Below are positions 31,156 through 38,676 of a stretch of DNA of 64,000 bases, piece after piece (the stretch's first letter is position 1; the number at the start of each line of letters is the position of its first letter). Location: IMG/VR virus record IMGVR_UViG_3300045988_132920. One strand, 5' to 3'. The position numbers and the translations under genes were made by a program. This stretch comes from a virus. Under the pieces are notes generated by a model. That model had not been told where the DNA came from. It did not search any database and worked only from the letters and a program-made list of their open reading frames with translations.

Positions 31156-31262
31156 TTGATGCTTTAGTTTAAGATTCCCTATCAGTATACTAGTTAGCAT
31201 AGGGAGAAGGCGAAAATACAGGTCCGCAAGCCTGAGATGTTAGTTCGACTCTAGCAAGTATC
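31156..31262 (+). ncRNA. Aberrant tRNA-like element of about 105 nt (7-bp acceptor-like pairing, T-arm gttag-ttcgact-ctagc, internal 7-bp hairpin, non-7-nt anticodon loop).
   Basis: gatgctt pairs with aagtatc and a canonical T-arm is present. The total length and an inserted tccctat...ataggga hairpin do not fit a standard cloverleaf. Possible insertion-containing or degenerate tRNA. Confidence 0.3.
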
Positions 31263-31275
31263 ATCAATTACTTAA

Positions 31276-31350
31276 TGGCAAGTAGCTCAATGGCAGAGCT
31301 CTCGGCTGTTAACCGAGCGGTTGGAGGTTCGAGTCCTCTCTTGCCAGCCA
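31276..31350 (+). tRNA. tRNA-Asn (anticodon GTT).
   Basis: Acceptor tggcaag/cttgcca, loop ctGTTaa, T-arm ggagg-ttcgagt-cctct, CCA. Confidence 0.8.
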
Positions 31351-31372
31351 ATTAACATAAAAGGAGATTAAT

Positions 31373-31630
31373 ATGTACCGATTAGTTAGAGCTTGGAAAG
31401 TCTGGAGAAATAAGAATAAATACAAGAATTCACCAGAATCAATTAAACAGGACATCTATGAGATAATAACGACTAAGTTATTTAAACAACCTCAAGAATG
31501 TCTAAGAGCTTTAGATGAATTTGAAGGTATAGTAAGTTATGACTATGATTCTAAGGGTAATTTTGAAGCAGTATTAGCTAGTGGTACAAAAATTAAGGTT
31601 TGTGTAACTTTAACAACTATTGAAATATAG
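31373..31630 (+). CDS. Hypothetical small basic protein, 85 aa.
   Basis: RBS (aaaggagattaatATG) directly after tRNA-Asn. Confidence 0.55.
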   Translation: MYRLVRAWKVWRNKNKYKNSPESIKQDIYEIITTKLFKQPQECLRALDEFEGIVSYDYDSKGNFEAVLASGTKIKVCVTLTTIEI

Positions 31631-31737
31631 GTGAGAGCCGAATATCAGTTGGTCGGACGTGTCTGTAAAACATGTGCCTAATAAGCCGTTGGGGGTGCAA
31701 CTCCCTTCTCACCTACCATATAATGAAAGGAACTCTT

Positions 31738-32046
31738 ATGAAGTTATTAATGTCTTTATTAGCATTAAGTTTGATGACATCTTCCGTATATGCTCAGAAT
31801 TACTTTCAAACACAAGGTCTTTCTAAGGAAGTTGTTAGTACAGATGACATTATAAATATGTGTAATTACTGTTCACATCATTATTTTATATACAACGTAA
31901 ATCATAAGTATAGATATAAAGTTATTTATGATAATGAGCTTAAATGTAATAATGACTATAATGCACTAGTGCTAAAAATGCAAAATGATGAATATAGTAA
32001 ATGTATAAAGCACGGTGGTGGTACTGCTTGTGCATTACGAAAATAG
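31738..32046 (+). CDS. Secreted small Cys-containing protein, about 102 aa with signal peptide. Paralogue of 34607..34885.
   Basis: Start reassigned to ATG 31738 (RBS gaaagga). Signal peptide MKLLMSLLALSLMTSSVYAQ. C-terminal motif SKCIKHGGGTACALRK. Confidence 0.6.
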   Translation: MKLLMSLLALSLMTSSVYAQNYFQTQGLSKEVVSTDDIINMCNYCSHHYFIYNVNHKYRYKVIYDNELKCNNDYNALVLKMQNDEYSKCIKHGGGTACALRK

Positions 32047-32203
32047 CTTAAGGGAACTGCGGTCCTGAAAACACTAAAAGGCATGCTCCATTACAGAAAA
32101 TCCTAGGTAAGAACCATATTTTAGTGTCAAACTGGCAGAGCTGTAAGTCTAGCTAACTTATAGGAAGTTTAGCAGGGTGGTGTCTGAAAACCCTGTAATC
32201 ATG

Positions 32204-32278
32204 GGGGCACATGTACCAAGGTGGCGAGATTCCCTTGCAAGGAAACTGTGGTGAGTTCGATTCTCATTGTCTCCACCA
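32204..32278 (+). tRNA. tRNA-Ala (anticodon TGC), weak D-arm.
   Basis: Acceptor gggggca/tgtctcc with G-U pairs, anticodon loop ctTGCaa, T-arm gtgag-ttcgatt-ctcat, CCA. D-stem pairing is poor. Confidence 0.5.
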
Positions 32279-32342
32279 ATTAAAACAAACTAATAGGAGA
32301 ATACAAATGAAACTTAAATCACGATGGTGTAATAAACAATAT

Positions 32343-32418
32343 GCGTGTATAGTTTAATGGTTTAGAATTCTGGTCTCCAAAACCAGAGATGTAGGTTCGA
32401 TTCCTGCTACACGTGCCA
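32343..32418 (+). tRNA. tRNA-Trp (anticodon CCA).
   Basis: Acceptor gcgtgta/tacacgt, anticodon stem ctggt/accag with loop ctCCAaa, T-arm ttcgatt, CCA. Confidence 0.8.
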
Positions 32419-32422
32419 ATAC

Positions 32423-32495
32423 GGGTGTGGAGCTCGGTTGGTTGAGCAGCTGGCTTTTAACCAGTTGGTTGCAGGTTCGATTCCTGTCGCACCCA
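32423..32495 (+). tRNA. tRNA-Lys (anticodon TTT).
   Basis: Acceptor gggtgtg/cgcaccc, loop ctTTTaa, T-arm gcagg-ttcgatt-cctgt. No encoded CCA. Confidence 0.75.
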
Positions 32496-32522
32496 ATTTT
32501 TACATAAAAAGGAGAATAAATT

Positions 32523-32756
32523 ATGGCAGTTTTTGCAGTAGCATTAAACAATGAAGGCTATGGATGTGGGTTTTACATCTGGCAAGCCGAAGACGAAGAA
32601 GCTCTTATAGCAGACCTTAAAAAAGAGTGGAATCGAGACCCAGACAATGATGTAGTACAAGCCTGGATAGATGAAGAATGGTTATTCTTCTCAAAAATTG
32701 ATGAAGAAGCATTTAAAGGTGAAAACTATTTTGAGGTATATAATAACTTCTCTTAA
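32523..32756 (+). CDS. Hypothetical small acidic protein, 77 aa.
   Basis: RBS (aaaggagaataaattATG). Its end abuts tRNA-Val. Confidence 0.55.
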   Translation: MAVFAVALNNEGYGCGFYIWQAEDEEALIADLKKEWNRDPDNDVVQAWIDEEWLFFSKIDEEAFKGENYFEVYNNFS

Positions 32757-32832
32757 GCTCGCTTAACTCAATCGGTAGAGTGTCTCCCTTACAAGGAGGA
32801 AGTTGTAGGTTCGAGTCCTACAGCGAGCACCA
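32757..32832 (+). tRNA. tRNA-Val (anticodon TAC).
   Basis: Acceptor gctcgct/agcgagc, loop ctTACaa, T-arm gtagg-ttcgagt-cctac, CCA. Confidence 0.8.
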
Positions 32833-32877
32833 TATTTGTTAAATTTTAATAGGTATAACAAGTATGGAGACAATATA

Positions 32878-33210
32878 ATGGCAGAATTATTTACAGCAGT
32901 TGAAGCTAAAGAAATCACAGATGCAGCATGTGATAAATATGCTGAAATCGTAAGAATAATCAAAGATAAAGCTGCAAACAAACAGTACGAAGTATTATTC
33001 ACAAACGAAGAAGTGTCTGATGAAATCTTTACTAAACTAAGAGAAGGCGGTTTCTACATCAATAGAGCAGCTCGTGGAGTTGTTATTGCGTGGGATACTG
33101 CTGTTAATGCAGACGACAAAAAAGAAGAAGTTACTACACCAGACCCTGGTAAAGAAGAAGATGGTAGTCAAGGCGGTAATGAGCAAGGTGAAGACCAAGT
33201 TACTGAATAG
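32878..33210 (+). CDS. Hypothetical protein with an acidic C-terminus, about 110 aa.
   Basis: Start reassigned to ATG 32878 (RBS ggagacaatataATG). A terminator hairpin at 33231-33262 follows. Confidence 0.55.
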   Translation: MAELFTAVEAKEITDAACDKYAEIVRIIKDKAANKQYEVLFTNEEVSDEIFTKLREGGFYINRAARGVVIAWDTAVNADDKKEEVTTPDPGKEEDGSQGGNEQGEDQVTE

Positions 33211-33265
33211 TCTGCAACTCAAAATCAAATAGGTTTGGAAGGAGCCTAATAGGCTCCTTCCTTAT

Positions 33266-33341
33266 GCCGAGGTAGCTCAGTTGGTAGAGCACCTGTCTGA
33301 AGAACAGGGTGTCACTGGTTCAATTCCAGTCCTCGGCACCA
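33266..33341 (+). tRNA. tRNA-Phe (anticodon GAA).
   Basis: Acceptor gccgagg/cctcggc, D-arm gctcagttggtagagc, loop ctGAAga, T-arm actgg-ttcaatt-ccagt, CCA. Confidence 0.85.
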
Positions 33342-33442
33342 TTTAAAAGTTTGGGTGGTCGTCTAAGTAAAGGACACGAAAATCGAAAATGATGGGGATT
33401 TATTAAGTGACGTCACATATTCAACCTATCCCACCCACCCAT

Positions 33443-33519
33443 ATCCTCGTAGCTCAATAGGACAGAGCATGGAGCTTCTACCTCCAGTGTTGGGGGTTCG
33501 ATTCCCTCCGAGGATGCCA
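33443..33519 (+). tRNA. tRNA-Arg (anticodon TCT).
   Basis: Acceptor atcctcg/cgaggat, loop ctTCTac, T-arm ggggg-ttcgatt-ccctc, CCA. Confidence 0.75.
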
Positions 33520-33606
33520 CTAAGAATCACATGCTAAATGAAGGCTACTCACGGACCAATAAGTAGGTCAGATGAGTTCTGGAGGTCCCACGTGGACTTC
33601 CATTAT

Positions 33607-33680
33607 GCGGATATAGTTTAAAGGTAAAATTCCTCCTTGCCATGGAGATGTTGCGAGTTCGATTCTCGCTATCCGCTCCA
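33607..33680 (+). tRNA. tRNA-Gly (anticodon GCC).
   Basis: Acceptor gcggata/tatccgc, loop ttGCCat, T-arm gcgag-ttcgatt-ctcgc, CCA. Confidence 0.8.
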
Positions 33681-33707
33681 ATAAATAAAAACGAAAGGAA
33701 CACAATT

Positions 33708-33992
33708 ATGATTGATGCAAACTTAGCCGTGCTTGATAAATTAGAAGACCTTATTAAATGTGATGGTAGGTTAACAATTACTTTAAACAAAACGGATTTA
33801 ATGGTTCTCCATAGTGCAATCCATAGTGAAAAGGTTTATATAGATAAACTTTTTAAAGGTTTTGCAGAAGGTGATAATGATGGAGCTGATTTAGATAGCT
33901 TTTGTCAATTACTCGGAGAAATTAGAGCTGACTCTGTTTCAGATATGGAGACAATTATACAAACTATAGTTAATAGAATTTTAGAAACTTAA
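33708..33992 (+). CDS. Hypothetical small protein, about 94 aa.
   Basis: Start reassigned to ATG 33708 (RBS aaacgaaaggaac). The track's 33642 start would overlap tRNA-Gly. Confidence 0.55.
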   Translation: MIDANLAVLDKLEDLIKCDGRLTITLNKTDLMVLHSAIHSEKVYIDKLFKGFAEGDNDGADLDSFCQLLGEIRADSVSDMETIIQTIVNRILET

Positions 33993-34001
33993 CTATATTA
34001 T

Positions 34002-34076
34002 TGCGAATATGGTCTAAAGGCTATGATTTCTGGCTTCCAACCAGACGGTCAGGGTTCGATTCCCTGTATTCGCTCC
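34002..34076 (+). tRNA. tRNA-Gly (anticodon TCC).
   Basis: Acceptor gcgaata/tattcgc, anticodon stem tctgg/ccaga with loop ctTCCaa, T-arm caggg-ttcgatt-ccctg, CCA. Confidence 0.8.
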
Positions 34077-34254
34077 ATTCCAGGTTGCTTAGTTAGCATA
34101 GGTCATACCAAGTGCACAGTATGGCTATGGGTAGGAATAACTCCCTACCCTAACTGGAAGCAACCTATGTCGTAGGACCACGTACAGTGGAGTGCTTGTA
34201 TGAAGAAGCTGCGTGGATAGTATAACAGACATTAAACTCCTTTGGTAGATATGA

Positions 34255-34331
34255 GTCTGGGTAGTCAAATTGGTAGAGACAGGGGACTTAAAATCCTCGT
34301 TTTGTGGGTTCGACTCCCACCCTAGACACCA
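34255..34331 (+). tRNA. tRNA with anticodon TAA (Leu, UUA) but a short class-I variable loop.
   Basis: Acceptor gtctggg/cctagac, anticodon stem gggga/tcctc with loop ctTAAaa, 5-nt variable loop, T-arm gtggg-ttcgact-cccac, A73, CCA. Confidence 0.65.
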
Positions 34332-34335
34332 ATAA

Positions 34336-34412
34336 GCCCCTGTAGTCAAATAGGTAAAGACGGCTGCCTTAGAAGCAGTGTTCTGCGAGTTCGACTCTCG
34401 CTGGGGGCACCA
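34336..34412 (+). tRNA. tRNA with anticodon TAG (Leu, CUA) and a short variable loop.
   Basis: Acceptor gcccctg/tgggggc, loop ctTAGaa, T-arm gcgag-ttcgact-ctcgc, A73, CCA. Confidence 0.65.
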
Positions 34413-34417
34413 ATTAT

Positions 34418-34492
34418 ACCCTTGTAGGCTAACGGAGAAACCGCAACACTACGAATGTTGAGTTCTAGGTTCGATTCCTAGTGGGGGTACCA
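34418..34492 (+). tRNA. tRNA-Arg (anticodon ACG).
   Basis: Anticodon stem caaca/tgttg with loop ctACGaa, T-arm ctagg-ttcgatt-cctag, acceptor with G-U pairs, CCA. Confidence 0.65.
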
Positions 34493-34493
34493 T

Positions 34494-34566
34494 GCCAGTA
34501 TGATGGAATGGTATACATACCAAGCTCAAACCTTGGGTTCTGCAAGTTCGACTCTTGCTACTGGCA
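34494..34566 (+). tRNA. tRNA with anticodon CAA (Leu, UUG) and a short variable loop.
   Basis: Acceptor gccagta/tactggc, anticodon stem ccaag/cttgg with loop ctCAAac, T-arm gcaag-ttcgact-cttgc, A73. No encoded CCA. Confidence 0.65.
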
Positions 34567-34606
34567 TTAGGTTGACAATGTTAAGTTAATATGATATATT
34601 TCTTGT

Positions 34607-34885
34607 ATGAAAAAGACTATTTTACTTACAATGATTTTATTAATGGGGACTGTTACATTAGCAGACGATTGGTATACAAACCCATCAAGTCCTACAAATG
34701 TAATGATGAATCCAATGAATGCTTGGCATCCAGCTAATATTTATCACAACACTGTACTTAACCCTTATAAATACTATGAGGAAGAAGACAGTTATGACAG
34801 AGCTACTAGAATTAAGACTAAGAAGTACAACTCTTGCGTGAAGTATGGTGGTGGAGATGCGTGCAGAAGTATATTAAATAACTAG
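34607..34885 (+). CDS. Secreted small Cys-containing protein, 92 aa with signal peptide. Paralogue of 31738..32046. Probably expressed from a leaderless mRNA.
   Basis: Signal peptide MKKTILLTMILLMGTVTLA. C-terminal NSCVKYGGGDACRSILNN. Promoter ttgaca 34572-34577, tatatt 34595-34600, which places the transcription start at about the ATG. Confidence 0.6.
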   Translation: MKKTILLTMILLMGTVTLADDWYTNPSSPTNVMMNPMNAWHPANIYHNTVLNPYKYYEEEDSYDRATRIKTKKYNSCVKYGGGDACRSILNN

Positions 34886-34958
34886 GTGTAGTGCAGTTTG
34901 GTAGCATGCCTGTTTTGGGAACAGGCGGTCGGGGGTTCAAATCCCTCCACCTAGACCA
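34882..34958 (+). tRNA. tRNA-Pro (anticodon TGG).
   Basis: Acceptor ctaggtg/cacctag, anticodon stem cctgt/acagg with loop ttTGGga, T-arm ggggg-ttcaaat-ccctc, CCA. Confidence 0.75.
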
Positions 34959-34963
34959 ATTAA

Positions 34964-35035
34964 TCCCCGATAGTTTAATCGGCAGAACATCTGATTTTGG
35001 TTCAGAAGGTCGAGGTTCGAGTCCTTGTTGGGGAA
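34964..35035 (+). tRNA. tRNA-Gln (anticodon TTG).
   Basis: Acceptor tccccga/ttgggga, anticodon stem tctga/tcaga with loop ttTTGgt, T-arm cgagg-ttcgagt-ccttg. Confidence 0.65.
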
Positions 35036-35108
35036 TTTTAACTTGGGTTGACAGATATTCAATTTAATGATATAATAACGAAGTAAACATACGAAAAAGG
35101 AAATACAT

Positions 35109-36140
35109 ATGACAACAGAACTTGTAACAAATGAGGATTTGTTCTACTCTTATCCGTCTATTGAAAATTCTTATAGGGAAGAATTCATCAATAAGATTTA
35201 TGCTCACGGATACGGAGATGAACGTTACTACGTAACTGAAAAAATCCATGGCTCAAACACGCAGCTCTCTTATGATGGTAATGAATTCAAGTATGGCACA
35301 CGTAGCCATTATCTTATTGAGAATGAGAAATGCTATAACGTACAGCCCTTACTTGACAAAGTTAAACCTGTATTAGAAGCTGAATACAAAAGATTGAAAG
35401 AAGACGTACCAACCTTAAGAAATGTTATTATCTATGGTGAGGTGTATGGTGGATGCTATCCACACCCTGATGTAAAGGTAAATAATCATGCTTCTAAAGT
35501 ACAAAAAGGTGTTTACTACTCACCTAATAATGAATGGTCAGCATTTGATTTTTGCTATGTAGATGATAATGGTAAGCACTTTTATACAGGTTCACAATTC
35601 ATTAAACTGTGTCAAGTAAATAACATTAGCACTACACCTGTATTAGCTATTGTTAATACACTAAAAGAAGCACTTGAGTTTAATAACGCAGGTGAGTCTA
35701 CCATAGGTCCACTTCTAGGGTACCCTGAGCTTGAAAATAACACTATGGAAGGGGTTGTAATTAAACCCCTTGATAAAGACCTCTGGATGGGTCAAACTCG
35801 TGTAGTAATCAAGAACAAAAATGATAAGTTCAAAGAAAAATCACACGAAAAGAAAGTAAACATCCAAATTGAACTACCAGAGTGTGTTACAAAGGCTTTG
35901 GAGGCTTCTGTACCCTATATAAATGAGAATCGTGTAAATAACGTTATTTCTCATTTAGGTGAAGTGACCTATAAGGACACAGGACGAATCATTGGTGAGA
36001 CTAACAAAGATGTTCTTGCAGTGATTCAAGATGAAGTACCTGAGTATAATCTTATGGAAAAGCAAGAACGTAAGCAATTTACAAAGTTGCTAAATAACGA
36101 AGTTGCTAAAGTTGTACGTAAGGTGATGCAGGTACGTTAA
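35109..36140 (+). CDS. RNA ligase of the T4 Rnl2 family.
   Basis: N-terminal YPSIENSYREEFINKIYAHG and the nucleotidyltransferase motif I TEKIHGSN (T4 Rnl2: EKIHGTN). Later motifs RVVIKNKNDKFKEK and YINENRVNNVISHLGEV closely parallel T4 Rnl2. Promoter ttgaca 35048-35053, tataat 35071-35076. Confidence 0.85.
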   Translation: MTTELVTNEDLFYSYPSIENSYREEFINKIYAHGYGDERYYVTEKIHGSNTQLSYDGNEFKYGTRSHYLIENEKCYNVQPLLDKVKPVLEAEYKRLKEDVPTLRNVIIYGEVYGGCYPHPDVKVNNHASKVQKGVYYSPNNEWSAFDFCYVDDNGKHFYTGSQFIKLCQVNNISTTPVLAIVNTLKEALEFNNAGESTIGPLLGYPELENNTMEGVVIKPLDKDLWMGQTRVVIKNKNDKFKEKSHEKKVNIQIELPECVTKALEASVPYINENRVNNVISHLGEVTYKDTGRIIGETNKDVLAVIQDEVPEYNLMEKQERKQFTKLLNNEVAKVVRKVMQVR

Positions 36141-36173
36141 TCAGGGTAAATTACCCTGATTATGCACCCTTAG

Positions 36174-36248
36174 CCAAGTGGTCAAGGCGGAGGTCTGCAA
36201 AACCTCTATCGTTGGTTCAAATCCAACAGGGTGCTCCATTTGGAGAGT
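36174..36248 (+). tRNA. tRNA-Cys (anticodon GCA).
   Basis: Acceptor gcaccct/agggtgc, anticodon stem gaggt/acctc with loop ctGCAaa, T-arm gttgg-ttcaaat-ccaac, CCA. Confidence 0.8.
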
Positions 36249-36351
36249 AAACTTCAGGGGTCTGAAGGCTGGTTTGCTAAACCAAGTGTTCACGTAAGTG
36301 GATGAGTTTCAAGTACTCTGCTCTCCTCCATTTATAACAAAGGAATAAGTT

Positions 36352-36732
36352 ATGATATATACAGGTTATTTTGCTAAAACAAAAGAATATGAGGCAGCAG
36401 GACTATTCCCTATAGGTGTTGCTGGTAAAACTCCAGATTTCTTTAAGAATATGGTTTGGAGAGATGTAGCACCAAGATGGGACCACTTTAAACGGTGGAA
36501 ATCTGGTGAGATAGATAACTTTCAATATTCTGAACTTTATACAACTATGCTCAACAAGCTAGATAAAGAAGATACAAGGAAGTTTATCCAAGAGCTTCTT
36601 CAGATTAATGAGAATATCATATTCTTATGTTATGAAAAACCAGGTACTTTCTGTCATAGACACATACTAGCAGATTGGCTAGAATCTGAGATAGGAGTGG
36701 GACCTGTTGATGAATATAAATTGGAGGTGTAA
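36352..36732 (+). CDS. DUF488 (YeaO-like) family protein.
   Basis: The C-terminal FCHRHILADWLES matches the DUF488 signature (CHR...LADWL). The N-terminus MIYTGYFAK fits the family. Confidence 0.45.
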   Translation: MIYTGYFAKTKEYEAAGLFPIGVAGKTPDFFKNMVWRDVAPRWDHFKRWKSGEIDNFQYSELYTTMLNKLDKEDTRKFIQELLQINENIIFLCYEKPGTFCHRHILADWLESEIGVGPVDEYKLEV

Positions 36733-36815
36733 CCCTAATTGGTAAGGGGGTAGTCTTGAAAACTACTAGTAGTCGGGAAACTGACGTGCTGGTTCGAGTC
36801 CAGTCACCTCCTCCA
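36724..36815 (+). tRNA. tRNA-Ser (anticodon TGA), class II with a long variable arm.
   Basis: Acceptor ggaggtg/cacctcc, anticodon stem gtagt/actac with loop ctTGAaa, long variable arm agtcgggaaactgac, T-arm ttcgagt, CCA. It overlaps the stop of 36352..36732. Confidence 0.8.
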
Positions 36816-36832
36816 GTATAGAAAGGACAAAT

Positions 36833-37192
36833 ATGTCACTTCAAGAAAACCTAGCATACTTAATGGAGTTCAACTACAAAAAGCTATTTAAAGGTGTTCC
36901 TAAAAATTACTATTTGTCTAAGGAGGACAGGCAAGAGCTATTAGATGCTATTGAATGTGCTCAAGAGACTTTTGGTAGGCAACATGGTGACTTTATCTTG
37001 GCAGATGGTAAGTTTACTCCCCACAAAGCACTTGAGTTTTGTAATGTTCGCTGCACAGATACTGTTGAAGAAGCAATTTGTAATTACGTACTTGCTGCAT
37101 TGAATCCAAAATATTCAGAGTACGAACAATTTGTTCAGTATACAGTAGATGAACTAAAAAAGTATGAGAATGGGTACAGAAATAAGAAATAA
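36833..37192 (+). CDS. Hypothetical protein, 119 aa.
   Basis: RBS (agaaaggacaaatATG). Confidence 0.55.
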   Translation: MSLQENLAYLMEFNYKKLFKGVPKNYYLSKEDRQELLDAIECAQETFGRQHGDFILADGKFTPHKALEFCNVRCTDTVEEAICNYVLAALNPKYSEYEQFVQYTVDELKKYENGYRNKK

Positions 37193-37265
37193 TGCTGGGT
37201 GTCCGAGTGGTTTAGGAGCTGCACTCATACCGCAGTTTACGTGGGTTCAAATCCCACCTCAGCAA
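37193..37265 (+). tRNA. tRNA with a CAT anticodon (Met/fMet or lysidine-Ile type), second copy.
   Basis: Acceptor tgctggg/ctcagca, anticodon loop ctCATac, T-arm gtggg-ttcaaat-cccac. The last anticodon-stem pair is mismatched. Confidence 0.55.
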
Positions 37266-37286
37266 TTATTTATGAATGGGGTCGTG

Positions 37287-37363
37287 GCAATGTAATGTGT
37301 CGTTAGCTCAGTTTGGTTAGAGCCCTGGATTGTGGTTCCAGTTGCATGGGTTCAAATCCCATA
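37287..37363 (+). tRNA. tRNA-His (anticodon GTG).
   Basis: Acceptor gtgtcgt/acgacac, anticodon stem ctgga/tccag with loop ttGTGgt, T-arm atggg-ttcaaat-cccat, CCA. Confidence 0.8.
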
Positions 37364-37478
37364 CGACACCCCATTTATAGAGTTTAGGTAAGGTCTACAT
37401 CACCTTCGGTAGCGAGTCGACACTACTGAAAATGGCAGTCGGGAGTGAGGCAACGACTAAAATATTTCTCACGAACAT

Positions 37479-37553
37479 GGTCTTGTAGCTCAGCGGTAGA
37501 GCACTCGGCTGATAACCGAGAGGTCGAAGGGTCAGCACCTTCCAAGACCACCA
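37479..37553 (+). tRNA. tRNA-Ile (anticodon GAT).
   Basis: Acceptor ggtcttg/caagacc, D-arm gctcagcggtagagc, anticodon stem ctcgg/ccgag with loop ctGATaa, CCA. Non-canonical T-loop gtcagca. Confidence 0.75.
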
Positions 37554-37596
37554 TTATTACTATGAAATTGTATATTCTAACTCATGGAGGGACAAA

Positions 37597-38250
37597 ATGA
37601 CACTTGACCATACTGTGAGACTTTTTAATACTACAATCAATGAGGCTTTTGCTGAGCTTAAAGAGCATCATGTACAGCCCGATTGTATTATTACCCATAT
37701 AAACAACAACTGCTTTGGTGGTGAAATTACCATTGAAAAAATGAGAGACCTTGGCGAAAGATTCAAAGATGTTCTTATTGGTCAAGGTCATATTTATTTG
37801 TATATTGATGATATTCAAGACTTAGGTATAGTCATGGTAGGCATGCAAGAAGCTGGGTTAACGTTTAAGAATATCCTAACAATACCTTACACAGATAAGA
37901 TAGTACAAGCTGGATGTAACACACGTAAATACTTTGATGGTGCTGTAAAACGAGTGTTATACTTTACTAAGTATGAAGGACATTTCTTAAACCATACAAA
38001 ACTATTTATTAAAATAAAGGCTACTAGTATGCACCCTGCTGTGTGGAATTGGTTTAAGGGTACAATCTCAGACTCTTACAAAAATATCATGCAAATATCT
38101 ACTCAGCACGCAGATACAATACTTGACCCATTTATGTTAACTGATGCCATTGGTAAAGCAACTGTTGAGGCAGACAGACACTACATCGGAATCAACCCTG
38201 GAAAAAATTTTAACGATATAAAGCATAGCTTAGAAATGTTACAAGTTTAA
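37597..38250 (+). CDS. Hypothetical protein, 217 aa.
   Basis: RBS (ggagggacaaaATG) after tRNA-Ile. Confidence 0.6.
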   Translation: MTLDHTVRLFNTTINEAFAELKEHHVQPDCIITHINNNCFGGEITIEKMRDLGERFKDVLIGQGHIYLYIDDIQDLGIVMVGMQEAGLTFKNILTIPYTDKIVQAGCNTRKYFDGAVKRVLYFTKYEGHFLNHTKLFIKIKATSMHPAVWNWFKGTISDSYKNIMQISTQHADTILDPFMLTDAIGKATVEADRHYIGINPGKNFNDIKHSLEMLQV

Positions 38251-38548
38251 GGGGTTGACAAATAAATTATCTTATGTTATTATATTTATATAAGGCAAAC
38301 GTCAGGCTAAGTAATCTACAGAACGGTCTGGTGGCAGATATAATTGCCAAGAGCCTCACTATACCGTTGCCGAGCGGTTCTTACATATGGTGAGACAACT
38401 CAGGAGATTGAGACCTCGTGTAAGAAGGTAGCTATTATAGCAAAAAAAAACATCAACTCCACGTTGTAGATAACCTCGCATAAGGGAACGAAAGACCTTG
38501 TTCAACATGCAGCTGACCAGTGAACAGCTTACCAAACACTGGACGTAG

Positions 38549-38622
38549 CGGAGTGGAGCAGTAGTAGCTCGCCAGTCTCATAAGCTGGAGGTCGTGGGTG
38601 CAACTCCCACCTCTCGCAACCA
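38549..38622 (+). ncRNA. tRNA-like element with a CAT anticodon loop but imperfect acceptor stem (possible third CAT tRNA or pseudo-tRNA).
   Basis: Anticodon stem ccagt/gctgg with loop ctCATaa, T-arm gtggg-tgcaact-cccac. Acceptor pairing is poor and the 3' end reads ...aacca. A roughly 250-nt ORF-free leader and a promoter lie upstream; a terminator follows. Confidence 0.4.
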
Positions 38623-38676
38623 ATTACAAATAGAGCCTAGTTACCTAAGGCTCTATTTTTATGTATATTTTAGTAT

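Noticed and set aside
32354-34349. Several 60-80-aa ORFs on the minus strand (32354..32551, 32763..33002, 33037..33228, 33545..33790, 34125..34349) and 29657..29917.
   Set aside because: Each overlaps confidently folded tRNA genes or better-supported plus-strand ORFs. No start signals.
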